This document shows positions 22,554 to 32,537 of a stretch of 64,000 nt of DNA, in pieces. The stretch is taken from NCBI GenBank assembly GCA_963725665.1, contig CAVRZA010000002.1, forward strand, positions 480,001 through 544,000, read 5' to 3'. The stretch comes from an uncultured Actinomycetes bacterium (GTDB lineage: Bacteria > Actinomycetota > Thermoleophilia > UBA2241). The translations under genes and the position numbers were made by a program. Numbering within the stretch: position 1 is the stretch's first letter; each line of letters opens with the position of its first letter. The notes beneath the pieces were generated by a model that was not told where the DNA came from, did no database searches, and saw only the letters and a program-made list of their open reading frames with translations.

Positions 22554-23951
22554 GTGGAACCGACGATCCCGACACGCATGGGCGACGGCTCCTTCGCCCA
22601 TCTGACGCGCAGCGAGATCGAAGCCGAGCTCGAAGCGGGCACCCAGGCCGCGGTCAAGCGCGCCAAAGTGCCGCCGCTGACACAGGATGAGCTCAACCAC
22701 CTGCTTGACATCTACGCGTCCCCAGCCCGCTTCACGGGGGTCGATGTGGGCGACGAGGTGGTCCTGAGTTGCGACGGCACCGGCATGAAGACGCACGCCA
22801 CGCGCACCCAGGACCTGCAGGCCTACGAGCAGTGGATGGGTGCCGACCTGCTGGAGCTCTGCGTGGGCGACTACTCGCTCAAGGTGGTGCGCACGATCAT
22901 GCCCTATGAGGCCCAGGTCATGCATGACGCGCTGCTCGCCACCGTGGCTCCGCTGCAGTACGGCGTCATGCCCAACCTGGGCCTCTACTCCAAGCCCGAC
23001 GGCCCCTGCGAGAACTGGTCCACGCTGCTCCCCGAAGCACGCATCGCCGAGGCGCGCGCCGCCGAGGAGGAAGCGGCCGCGATGGCGACCGACGACATGG
23101 TGCGCCTCGCCGAATCGCAGGTCGAGGCCGGCGCCGACGCCATCGACTGGGACACGACGGCTGCCTCGGGCGACCCCGAGTTCTACGCCACGCTCAAGGC
23201 GACCGAGATCATCCGCAAGCGCTACCCGGACTTCGGCGTGCAGCTCGGCATGGCCGCCGAGTTCGTCCTCGGCATGCACGGCGAGCTGACCTACGACGGG
23301 GTGCGCCTGGCTGGCCTCTGGCCGCGCGAGCAACTGCTCGTGGCGCAGAAGGCGGGGGTGACGATGTTCGGCCCCGTGGTCAACGTCAACACCGGCAAGA
23401 GCGCCGCCTGGAACGTGGCCCGCGCCTGCACGCTGGTGAAGCCCTGCATGGACGTGGCCGAGATCCCCGTGCACATGAACGCCGGCATGGGCGTCGGCGG
23501 CGTGCCCATGTTCGTACACCCGCCGGGCGATGCCGTCTGCCGCGCCGCCAAGGCCTTCGTCGACGTCCTGCGCTTGGACGGCTTGTAGGTAGGCTCGGGC
23601 GATCCCCACGGGATGCACAACGCCCACGCTCAGGCTGCGGGCATGGGCGGTATGCGAGCCGGCGGAGACCTGGTGGCTCGGATGCAGATGACCCGCGGCA
23701 TGAGACTCAAGGAGGCAAAGGCCTACGTGGCCGAGAAGCTGGGTGTGACGCCCTTCGACCTCTCCGACCCCGTCGTCATGACGGAGGTGCGCAGCGAGCT
23801 GGGCTTCGGGCGTATCCACTCCTACGCCATCAGCCAGCCCTGGCAGGCCAACATGATCGAGGCCAAGTTCAACATCGCCCGTGTGCTCGACATCCCCATC
23901 AACTGTGTCGAGCAGTTCAAGCGGCGCACGAGCCAGGAGGTGCAGACGTGA
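22554..23951 (+). CDS. mtbB: MtbB family, copy 2; in-frame TAG 23586-23588 (putative pyrrolysine, codon 345)
   Basis: same motifs as copy 1; LRLDGL*VGSGDPHGM...RAGGDLVARMQ in frame; ends in TGA overlapping the next start. Confidence 0.93.
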
Positions 23952-25361
23952 GCACGGCGGGCGAGAACAGGATCCCCACTCGCATGGGCGACGGCGGGCT
24001 CGTCGAGCTGACGCGCAGCGAGCTGCGGGCGGAGATCGAGGAGGGAACGCAGGCGGCGGCCAAACGGGCAAAGGTACCGCCGCTGACCGAGGATGAGCTG
24101 GCGCACCTGCTCGACATCTTCGCCTCAGCGGCGGCCTTCGTATCGGTCGAGCAGGGGGACCAGCTCATCCTCTCCTGCGACGGTACCGGCAGCCAGATCG
24201 CCAGCTCCCGTCTCGAGGACCTGCGCGAGTGGGAGGCGACCCTGGGCTCGGACTTGGTCGAGCTCTACCACGTCGACTACTCCTACAAGGCGATCAAGAC
24301 GATCCGCCACGTCGAGCAGCAGGCAATGCGCAACGTGCAGCTGCTGCTCACCGTGCCCGTGCAGTACGGGGCGATGCCCAACCTCGGGCTCTACTCATGG
24401 CCCGACGGCCCCGTCCCGAACTGGTCCGAGCTCATGCCTCAGGGCAGGATCGAGGAGGCGCGCGCGGCGCAGGAGGAGGCCGTCGAGATGGCGGTCGAGG
24501 ACATGGTCTTCGTCGGCGAGGGCATGTGGGAAGCCGGCGCCGACGGGATCGACTTCGATACCGCCGGCGCCGCCGGCGACGCCGACTTCCTGGCCACGCT
24601 GCGCGCCGTGGAGGAGCTGCGCCGCCGCTGTCCCGACATCGGCATAGAGCTCGGCATGGCCGCCGAGTTCGTGCTCGGCATGCACGGCGAGCTGAGCTAC
24701 GACGGCGTCCGCCTCGCCGGCCTGTGGCCCAAGGACCAAGCCAGGCTGGCGGCCAAAGCCGGGGCGACCATGTTCGGCCCCGCCATCAACGTCAACACCG
24801 GCAAGACCGTCGCCTGGAACACGGCGCGTGCCCTGACGATCGTCAAGCCCTGCTGTCAGGAGTCGACCATCCCCGTGCACATGAACGTCGGGATGGGCGT
24901 CGGCGGGGTGCCGATGACCCCGTTCCCGCCCGCCGACGCCGTCTCGCGCGTGGCCACGGCCTGCCGTGAGGTCGGCCGCCTCGACGGGTTGTAGGTGGGC
25001 ATCGGCGACGCTGTGGGCATGCACAGCGCGCACGTGCACGCCGCGGGCATGGGCGGTATGAGGGCTGCCGGAGACCTGGTGGCCCGCATGCAAATGACTC
25101 GCGGCATGCGCCTGACGGAGGCGAAGGGGCACGTGGCAGGCTAAGCTCGGCGTCGGCGTGCGCGATCTCTCCGATCCCTACATCATGACCGACCTGCGCG
25201 GCGAGCTCGGCCTGGGCAGGGTGCCCGAGCACGACACCTTCCGCGTCGACGAGCCGGCGGCCATCGAGGCCAAGTTCCATATCGCCGAGCTGCTCGACGT
25301 GCCGGTCAACTCGGTCGCGCGCTTCAAGGAGCGCACGGCGGAGGGCTGGAGGCGCGCCTAG
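23948..25361 (+). CDS. mtbB: MtbB family, copy 3; in-frame TAG 24992-24994 (putative pyrrolysine, codon 349); +1 frameshift near 25140
   Basis: RLDGL*VGIGDAVGM...RAAGDLVARMQ; one extra base at GCAGGCTAAG, after which KLGV..DLSDP..EAKF resumes. Confidence 0.88.
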
Positions 25362-25570
25362 GGAAGGGGGCCGGGCGGGGCCGAGACCATCTTCTGCCCG
25401 CTCTTGGCCGCCGTTTACGTTGCCGCAGCCGCCTTTTGGCTGTACCATGCGAAATGCCGGAGCTTGTGAACCGAGGCTCAAAACACCCGGCAGAGCGCGG
25501 GCGGACGCGGTGTCCGGCGGCGCCGGCAAGACGAGAACCCATCCAGACGAGAAAGTAGGCTCTCAGGATC

Positions 25571-26122
25571 ATGCTCACCGTCATCGACGACGCCGCGATC
25601 GACGAGACCCTGGCGGCGATCAAGGAGGAGTCGGGGGAGGACCCGCGGCTCTGCTACCAGTGCGGTAAGTGCAGCGCGGGCTGCCCCGTGCACGCCTGGT
25701 TCGACCTGCCGCCGAACAAGGTGCTGCACCTGCTTCAGTTGGGGCGCTTCGAGGAGGTCCTCACCTCGCGCACGGCGCAGCTCTGCGCCTCGTGCTACGC
25801 GTGCAGCATGCGCTGCCCCAAGGAGATCGACATCGGCCGCCTCATCGACACCGCGCGCAACATCTGCCACAAGCGCGGCCTCGTGCCCGTCGACGGCCGC
25901 GCGAAGACCTTCCACCGTACTTTCCTCAAGAACGTCCGCCGTCACGGGCGGCTCAACGAGCTCGAATTGGCGGCCTTCCACAACCTCGCACAGGGCAAGC
26001 CCTTCAGCGACGCCGACATCGCCCCGAAGCTGTTCTTCAAGGGCAAGCTACACATCGGGCTCGGCGGCCGCGCCGATGGCGAGATAGGGCGCATCTTCGA
26101 GAAGACGGTGGGCAGGCTATGA
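25571..26122 (+). CDS. hdrC: heterodisulfide reductase subunit C-like 4Fe-4S protein
   Basis: CYQCGKCSAGCP, CASCYACSMRCP and HGRLNE. Confidence 0.9.
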   Translation: MLTVIDDAAIDETLAAIKEESGEDPRLCYQCGKCSAGCPVHAWFDLPPNKVLHLLQLGRFEEVLTSRTAQLCASCYACSMRCPKEIDIGRLIDTARNICHKRGLVPVDGRAKTFHRTFLKNVRRHGRLNELELAAFHNLAQGKPFSDADIAPKLFFKGKLHIGLGGRADGEIGRIFEKTVGRL

Positions 26123-27039
26123 GCCCGGAGGAAGCAGTGCTGACGCGCGACGACGAGGCGACACCCGCCGTCACGCAGCGTACCTGGGCCTACTACCCCG
26201 GCTGCTCGCTGGAATCGTCGTCGCGGGATTTCGATCTCTCCTCGCGTGCGGTCCTGACCGCCCTTGGCGCGGACCTCGTCGAGCTGGAGGGATGGGCGTG
26301 CTGCGGCGGCTCCTCCGCGCACCAGGTCGACCATACCCTGGGCGTGGCCCTGCCGGCGCGCAATCTGCGGCTGGCTGAGGAGCTTGGGCTCGACGTCGTC
26401 ATGCCGTGCCCCGCCTGCTCGGCGCGGCATCTCGCCGCCAACTTCGAGCTGGGCGATCCCGTGCGAGCCGAGCGCATCAACGTCGTTCTCGACAAGCCGG
26501 CCGCCGGCAGTTCGCGCGTGTTGAACATCCTCGAGGCGCTCGACGAGGCCACGCGCGAGCTTCCCGCAGGTGTCTTGCGCACCCGCGTCGATCTCAAGGT
26601 GGTGCCCTACTACGGCTGCCTGCTCACCCGGCCGTGCGCTGGGGTCAGCTACGACGATCCCGAAGATCCGGTCACCATGGACCGTCTGGCCGAGATGGTT
26701 GGCGCGACGGTGTTGCCCTGGAGCTTCAAGACCGAGTGCTGCGGCGCCTCGCTCTCGTTCTTCGAGAAGGACGCCGTGCTCGTGAACTCCGCCAAGCTGC
26801 TCGACATGGCCGCGCAGGCGGGCGCTCAAGCCATCGTCACGGCCTGCCCCTTGTGCCACCAGAACCTCGACTTGCGCCAGGCGCAGCTCGAGAAGCGCGA
26901 GGGCAAGAAGTTCGGCATGCCCGTCTACTACGTGACCGAGCTGCTGGGCCTCGCGCTCGGCTTGACGCCCCAGGAGCTCGGCATCGACCTGCACGCCGTC
27001 GAGGCCGTCGAGCCGCTGCGCGGCGCGCTCGCCGTCTGA
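26119..27039 (+). CDS. hdrB: heterodisulfide reductase subunit B
   Basis: YYPGC, WACCG, PYYGC, ECCG and ACPLC (two CCG domains). Confidence 0.92.
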   Translation: MSPEEAVLTRDDEATPAVTQRTWAYYPGCSLESSSRDFDLSSRAVLTALGADLVELEGWACCGGSSAHQVDHTLGVALPARNLRLAEELGLDVVMPCPACSARHLAANFELGDPVRAERINVVLDKPAAGSSRVLNILEALDEATRELPAGVLRTRVDLKVVPYYGCLLTRPCAGVSYDDPEDPVTMDRLAEMVGATVLPWSFKTECCGASLSFFEKDAVLVNSAKLLDMAAQAGAQAIVTACPLCHQNLDLRQAQLEKREGKKFGMPVYYVTELLGLALGLTPQELGIDLHAVEAVEPLRGALAV

Positions 27040-27070
27040 CGCAGGGCCCGGCCCTCAAAGCCTGATCGAT

Positions 27071-27122
27071 GACGGGCGGGGCGCCCCATCCGTGGGATGG
27101 GGCGCCCCGCCCGTCGTTTCTT
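27071..27122. terminator. long GC hairpin between convergent genes
   Basis: GACGGGCGGGGCGCCCCATCC / GGATGGGGCGCCCCGCCCGTC followed by GTTTCTT. Confidence 0.75.
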
Positions 27123-27176
27123 GCGCGCCGCCCCGTCGTGTTCGACGGCAGCGGCCGCGCCGGCCTTATGCGAACC

Positions 27177-28103
27177 TTACTTCGCCGCCGCGGCGTAGAT
27201 GTCCATGACGTCGGTCAGCAGCTTGACCGCCTCGTCGTGCGGGCGCTGGAACGAGTTGCGGCCCATGATGGTGCCGAAGCCGCCGCCCGCGGCGATCTGG
27301 CGGTTCGTCTCGAGGACGTTCTCGGTGCTCGCCGCCTCGCCGCCGGAGAAGATCACGATGCGCCTCCCCTCGAAGGCCGCCTGCACGACGTAGCGCACAC
27401 GGTCGGCCAGGGTGTCGGTCGTCACGCCCGACTTCTCGAGGGCCTCACCCGACTTGGCCTGCTCGACGTGAGCCGTCGGAGGCTTCACCTTGATGATGTG
27501 AGCGCCGAGCTGCGCGGCGATGTGCGCCGCATAGGCGGCCACGTCGATCGCGGTCTCGCCCTCCTTCGAGAGCCCCGAGCCGCGTGGGTACGACCAGATG
27601 ACGACCACGAGGCCGGCCTGTTTGGCCTCGTAGGCCATCTCGCGGATCTCCTCGTACATCGTGTTGCGCTCGGCCGAGCCGGGGTAGATGGTGAAGCCGA
27701 TCGCCGCGCAGCCCAGGCGGAGCGCGTCGTCGACCGAGGCGGTCACGGCCGGCATCGGGTCGCCGCTCGAGTAGAGAAGGTCGGAGTTGTTGGCCTTGAG
27801 GATCAGCGGCATCTGCCCGGCGTACTCGCGCGCCCCAGCCTCGATGGCTCCCAGCGGCGCCGCGTGGGCGTTGCAGCCGGCGTCGATGGCGAGCTGAAAG
27901 TGGTAGCGGGGATCGTAGCCGGCCGGGTTCGGCGCGAAGCTACGCGCGGGGCCATGCTCGAAGCCCTGGTCCACCGGCAGCATCACCATCTTGCCGGTGC
28001 CGGAGAGGCGCCCGTGCATGAGCATGCGGTAGAGGTTGGCGAGCGTGCCCGGGTTGTCCGAGCCGTACCAGGAGAGGATCTCGCGCACCCTGTCGGTCGT
28101 CAT
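27177..28103 (-). CDS. fbaB: class I fructose-bisphosphate aldolase (DhnA type)
   Basis: LPVDQGFEHGP, WSYPRG, AHIIKVKPP and GRNSFQRP. Confidence 0.93.
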   Translation of the reverse strand: MTTDRVREILSWYGSDNPGTLANLYRMLMHGRLSGTGKMVMLPVDQGFEHGPARSFAPNPAGYDPRYHFQLAIDAGCNAHAAPLGAIEAGAREYAGQMPLILKANNSDLLYSSGDPMPAVTASVDDALRLGCAAIGFTIYPGSAERNTMYEEIREMAYEAKQAGLVVVIWSYPRGSGLSKEGETAIDVAAYAAHIAAQLGAHIIKVKPPTAHVEQAKSGEALEKSGVTTDTLADRVRYVVQAAFEGRRIVIFSGGEAASTENVLETNRQIAAGGGFGTIMGRNSFQRPHDEAVKLLTDVMDIYAAAAK

Positions 28104-28487
28104 CGTATCGGTCCTTTCGTCGCTGCCTGTATGTAGGTCGATCGGCCGTCGCCGGTGCCTCGTTCTCGGCGGAGCTGTCGACGGGGCCTAACATCTTCGC
28201 TACCCGCATCGGGTGCGGCCGAATCGAGGCTGGCGCGGGCGGGGCCGACGCGGTCCGCGTCGGCCCCAATTGTATCCGATTCATGCCGCGGCTCGCCGCT
28301 GGTGGCCGCTATCGTCAGAGTCCCGCCCGGGGCGCCCGGGCAGCGGCGCCTCGCGCGGACGACCCCGCCGCGCGGCGGCGCTGGCGCGCTGGTCTGCCTT
28401 CGCCAGCGTCTGCCGTTGACGGGCGAAGCCTCCTGTGGAAACGTGCTCCGTGGTAGCGAGGTGCCCAGGTCGCGGCCGGGAGGGAGC

Positions 28488-29151
28488 GTGGAGACCTCAC
28501 ACGTGGCTGCCGAGAACCGTCTGCTTGAGGATGTCCTTCGGGACGGACCGGGCGCTGTCGTGCTCGAGGCCGGCTGCGGCCGCACCACGAGGCTCGGCGG
28601 GTATCGCCACCGCATCGCCCGGCTGGTGGGAGTCGACCTCGACACCGACGCGGGGCGCGCGAACGAGGCGCTCGACGAGTTCGTGGTGGCGGACCTGTGC
28701 CGGCCACTGCCGTTCACCGACGGCTCCTTCGATCTCGTGTACGCCAACTTCGTCGTCGAGCACCTCGTGGCGCCGGTGGAGGCTTTCCGCGAGTGGCGTC
28801 GTGTGCTGCGTCCCGACGGCAACTTGATCCTGCTCACCAGCAACCTGGCCAACCCGGCCGTGTGGGTCGCCGTCCGTGCTCCGCGGCGCCTGCGCACGGC
28901 CGTGAAGCGGCGCGGCGCGGGCGCCGCGGAGCACGACGTCATCCCGCCCGTGCACCGCGCCAATACGCCGTCGCGTCTGGAGACTCAGCTGGCGACGGCG
29001 GGGTTCGTCCTCGAGCGTGTCGAGTACGTCGCGACGCTGCACCGTTACGCCGAGCGCTGGCCGCGCCTGCGGCGCCTCGCCGTAGCGGCCGAGAGCAGGC
29101 TGGCGAGAGCAGCGACGCGCGACCATCGTCGCTCTCTACCGCGCCTTCTGA
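28488..29151 (+). CDS. class I SAM-dependent methyltransferase (3' frameshift)
   Basis: LEAGCG, LPFTDGSFDLV and RVLRPDG. Confidence 0.8.
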
Positions 29152-29167
29152 GACGTGTCTCTCGGCG

Positions 29168-30544
29168 CTACTGCCCGAGGAGTCTGTCGATGAGCGCGGC
29201 GCGGCGGGCGGGCCGACCGATGCCGCTCTCGACCCGGTCCGCGTGCGCCATCAGCTTGAAGGCGCCGTTGATGCCCAGCCAGCGCAGCGGTTCCCGCTCC
29301 CAGTTGGGCGACCTGTGGCCGACCCAGGGAAGCGTGGTGATGTCGGACTCCCGTCCGGTGATCAGGTCGGCGAGCGTCCTGCCTGAGAGGTTCGCGGTGG
29401 CCACGCCGTCGCCGGCGTAGCCGCCCGCCCAGGCGAAGTTGCGCTCACGCTCGTAGCCCACGGTGGAGAAGAGGTCGCGCGGCCAGCCCAGCGGGCCGCC
29501 CCATGAGTGCGTGATGCGCGCTGCGCCGATGGCGGGGAAGAGAAGCCGCAGCGTGCGCTCGTGGCTGTCGATCACTCCGGGCACGCGGTCGTAGGCGTCA
29601 TCTATGCGGGAGTTGTAGTGGTAGGGCGCGCCGCGGCCGCCCATGGCGATGCGGTCGTCGTGCGTGCGCGAGAGGTAGATCAGCAGATGCCGCCCGTCGT
29701 TGAAGCACTCGCGGCCCTCCCAGCCGATCTCGTCCCAGACCTCCTTGGGCAGCGGCTCGGTGCAGATCATGAGCGAGTAGATGGGGGCGAGGGTGTCGTG
29801 TTGGCCGGGCAGCTGAACGGTGTAGGCCTCGGTGGCGCGCACGACGACCTCGGCCTTGACGCGGCCGAGCGGTGTGCTGGCGATGCCGCCCTCGATCGAC
29901 GTCACGGGCGTCTGCTCGTAGACCGTCACGCCGAGCTTCTCCACCGTCTCCGCCAGGCCGCGGGCGAGGCGCGCCGGCTGAACGCAGGCGCAGTGCGGAC
30001 TGTAGCGGCCGCCGAGGCAGCCCGTGACGTCGAGCCGACGGCGCGCCTCGACCGCGTCGAGCCACACCCAGTCGGGCTCGCCGAAGCCCCACGACGTGTA
30101 GTACTCCTGCTCTTCCCGTAGGGGCTGCAGTTGGGCCGGGGTGATGGCCAGGTTCAAGACGCCGCCCTTGTGGAACTGGGCATCGATGCCCTCCTCGGCG
30201 CACGCCCGTCCGACCTCGTCGACGGTGTCGAACATCGTCCGCTGCATGCGGATGGCCTCGCCGCGGCTGCTCGCCGCAGCGAGCTTCTCGAGAGAGGCCG
30301 CGAAGTAGGCCGAGCACCAGCCACCGTTGCGTCCCGAGGCGCCGTAGCCGGCGATCTCCCTCTCGAGGACGACGATGCGCAGCTTGGGGTCGGCTTTGGC
30401 GAGGTAGTAGGCGGCCCAGAGCCCTGTGTAGCCGGCTCCGACGATGCAGACGTCGGCGTCGACGTCGCCGGGGAGGCTCGGCCGTGGGCTCAGCTCCCCG
30501 GGTACATCGTCGAGCCAGAAGCTGGTTGTGCGGTAGTCTCTCAT
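29168..30544 (-). CDS. FAD-dependent oxidoreductase (DAO family, PuuB/OrdL-like amine oxidase)
   Basis: IVGAGYTGLW, GASGRNGG, WGG and GYAGDGV. Confidence 0.9.
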   Translation of the reverse strand: MRDYRTTSFWLDDVPGELSPRPSLPGDVDADVCIVGAGYTGLWAAYYLAKADPKLRIVVLEREIAGYGASGRNGGWCSAYFAASLEKLAAASSRGEAIRMQRTMFDTVDEVGRACAEEGIDAQFHKGGVLNLAITPAQLQPLREEQEYYTSWGFGEPDWVWLDAVEARRRLDVTGCLGGRYSPHCACVQPARLARGLAETVEKLGVTVYEQTPVTSIEGGIASTPLGRVKAEVVVRATEAYTVQLPGQHDTLAPIYSLMICTEPLPKEVWDEIGWEGRECFNDGRHLLIYLSRTHDDRIAMGGRGAPYHYNSRIDDAYDRVPGVIDSHERTLRLLFPAIGAARITHSWGGPLGWPRDLFSTVGYERERNFAWAGGYAGDGVATANLSGRTLADLITGRESDITTLPWVGHRSPNWEREPLRWLGINGAFKLMAHADRVESGIGRPARRAALIDRLLGQ

Positions 30545-30613
30545 GACGGGTACTCCCGGGTCGGGACTCATCGCTTCCGGGGAGCATCCTATCACTGTAA
30601 GAGGAGGGAGCGG

Positions 30614-31346
30614 GTGATCGGCCGAGCCTGGCCGCGGACGGTGTGGGAGCTCGAGGATGAGCAGCGCGCGCTGGCCGTCGCGGCGGCGCGCGTTGCGCGC
30701 TGGCGTCCGGCCGACCTCGCCGCGGTGCGTGTGGCGGCCGTCTTCGCCACGTACCCGACGGGTCGCCCCGGCCCGGGTGAGGCGGGCGAGCCTGCCTGGG
30801 TTGGGGCGGCCCTCGTGCGCGCCGGCGCCCCGCACGAGGTGCTTGCCGAGGCCGCGCTGCGCGGCGAGACCGGCGCGCCCTACGTCGCGGGCCTGCTGGC
30901 GCTGCGCTGCGGGGCGCTCCTCGAGCGCGCCGTGGGCGCGCTCGAGGAGCGCCCCGACCTGCTTCTCGTCGACGCTACGGCCCGCGACCACCCGCGGCGC
31001 GCCGGTCTCGCCCTCCACCTGGGAGCCGTGCTCGATCTGCCGAGCCTCGGTGTCACCAACCGTCCTCTGCTGGCCGCCTGCGAGGAGCCGGGGCCGGAGC
31101 GCGGCGAGTCAGGCCTCCTCGTGCTCGACGGCGAGACGGTCGGCTGCTGCCTGCGCATGCGGGAGGGGTTCGAACCCTCTCGTCGTGCACCCCGGCTGGC
31201 GGGTCGACCTCGAGACCGCCTGCGCCCTCGTCCTGCTGCTGACACGCCGTCGCCGCACGCCGGAGCCGCTGCGCCGCGCGCGCACTCTGGCGCGCGTCCT
31301 GCGCGCGCGCGACGAGGGCCGCTACCCCGGAGAAGGCGTAGAGTAG
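30614..31346 (+). CDS. nfi: endonuclease V-like protein (frameshift near 31175)
   Basis: PYVAGLLALR, LLVDATARDHPRRAGLA, PLVVHPG and RTPEPLRRA. Confidence 0.8.
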
Positions 31347-31350
31347 GCGC

Positions 31351-32436
31351 ATGCCGGCCGCAGCAGACGTGCCCGATTCGCCTTCCTCGACTGGCCGCGA
31401 CCACGGTGGAGCCGACTGGGGCGAGCCTGAGGCCATTCGGTCCGCCGCGGACCGCTTCCCCAAGATCGAGCTGCACGTGCACCTCGAGGGCAGCGTGCGT
31501 CCCGCCACGCTCCTAGAGATCGCGCGGCGCAACGGCGAGAGCCTACCGGCCGACAGCGTCGAGGGTCTGCGCGAGCTCTTCACGTTCACGGGCTTCGAGC
31601 ACTTCATCCAGGTCTGGATCGTGACCACCTTCGTTCTGCAGCGGGCGCGCGACTTCCGCCAGATCACCGTCGACTACGCCGCCGAGGCCGCGGCACAGGG
31701 CTGTGTCTACATCGAAGGCATCTTCTCGCCGGCGGAACCGGTCGTCCGCGGCGTCTCGTGGGAGGAGATCTTCGAGGGCTACTGCGACGGCATCCAGGAG
31801 GCGCGCGAGCGCCACGGTGTCGAGATGCGCCTCACGCCCGACATCACGCGGGTCTTCGACCCGGAGCTCGGCGAGGAGACGGCGCAGCACGCCGTCGCCT
31901 ACCGAGAGCGGGGCGTTGTCGGCATAGGGCTCGGCGGGCCCGAAGACCCGCCGGAGCCGTTCGCGAGCGCCTTCGCCGTCGCACACGAGGGAGGTCTCGG
32001 CTCGGTGCCCCACGCGGGCGAAGCGGCCGGCCCGGCCTCGATCTGGGGTGCGCTGACGGCCCTGAGGGCCGACCGCATCCGCCACGGCATCAGGGCAGTC
32101 GAGGATCCGGCGCTGCTCGAGGAGCTGGTGCGCCGCGGCACCGTGCTCGACGTGACGCCCATCTCGAACGTGCGTCTCGGCATCGTCCCTTCACTGGAGG
32201 AGCATCCGCTGCCGCGTCTGCGCGCCGCCGGCGTGGCCTGCTCGATCTCGACCGACGACCCGGGATTGATGGGTACTGACCTCGCTCAGAACTACGCTGC
32301 CGCGGCCCGGCTCGGCGTGAGCGCCCGCGAGGCCTACGAAGCGGGCCTCGCGGGCGCCCTCTGCGACGAGCCCACGCGGCAGCACTTGCAGGCGATCGGC
32401 GCCGCCTTCGACTGGGAGCCGGTGACCACCGAATAG
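31351..32436 (+). CDS. add: adenosine deaminase
   Basis: KIELHVHLEGS, HAGE, RIRHG and STDDP. Confidence 0.93.
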   Translation: MPAAADVPDSPSSTGRDHGGADWGEPEAIRSAADRFPKIELHVHLEGSVRPATLLEIARRNGESLPADSVEGLRELFTFTGFEHFIQVWIVTTFVLQRARDFRQITVDYAAEAAAQGCVYIEGIFSPAEPVVRGVSWEEIFEGYCDGIQEARERHGVEMRLTPDITRVFDPELGEETAQHAVAYRERGVVGIGLGGPEDPPEPFASAFAVAHEGGLGSVPHAGEAAGPASIWGALTALRADRIRHGIRAVEDPALLEELVRRGTVLDVTPISNVRLGIVPSLEEHPLPRLRAAGVACSISTDDPGLMGTDLAQNYAAAARLGVSAREAYEAGLAGALCDEPTRQHLQAIGAAFDWEPVTTE

Positions 32437-32537
32437 CGGCCGATCGCCGCTCGCCCCGCTCTCACAGCCCCGCCACCACCGCCTTCACGATAGTATCCGC
32501 CTGAGTGGATCGAACGACGCCCAGGAGGGCAGGGCCC

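Noticed and set aside
25141-25144. TAA in mtbB copy 3 as a second recoded codon
   Set aside because: It arises only from a +1 indel; homologous sequence resumes in another frame
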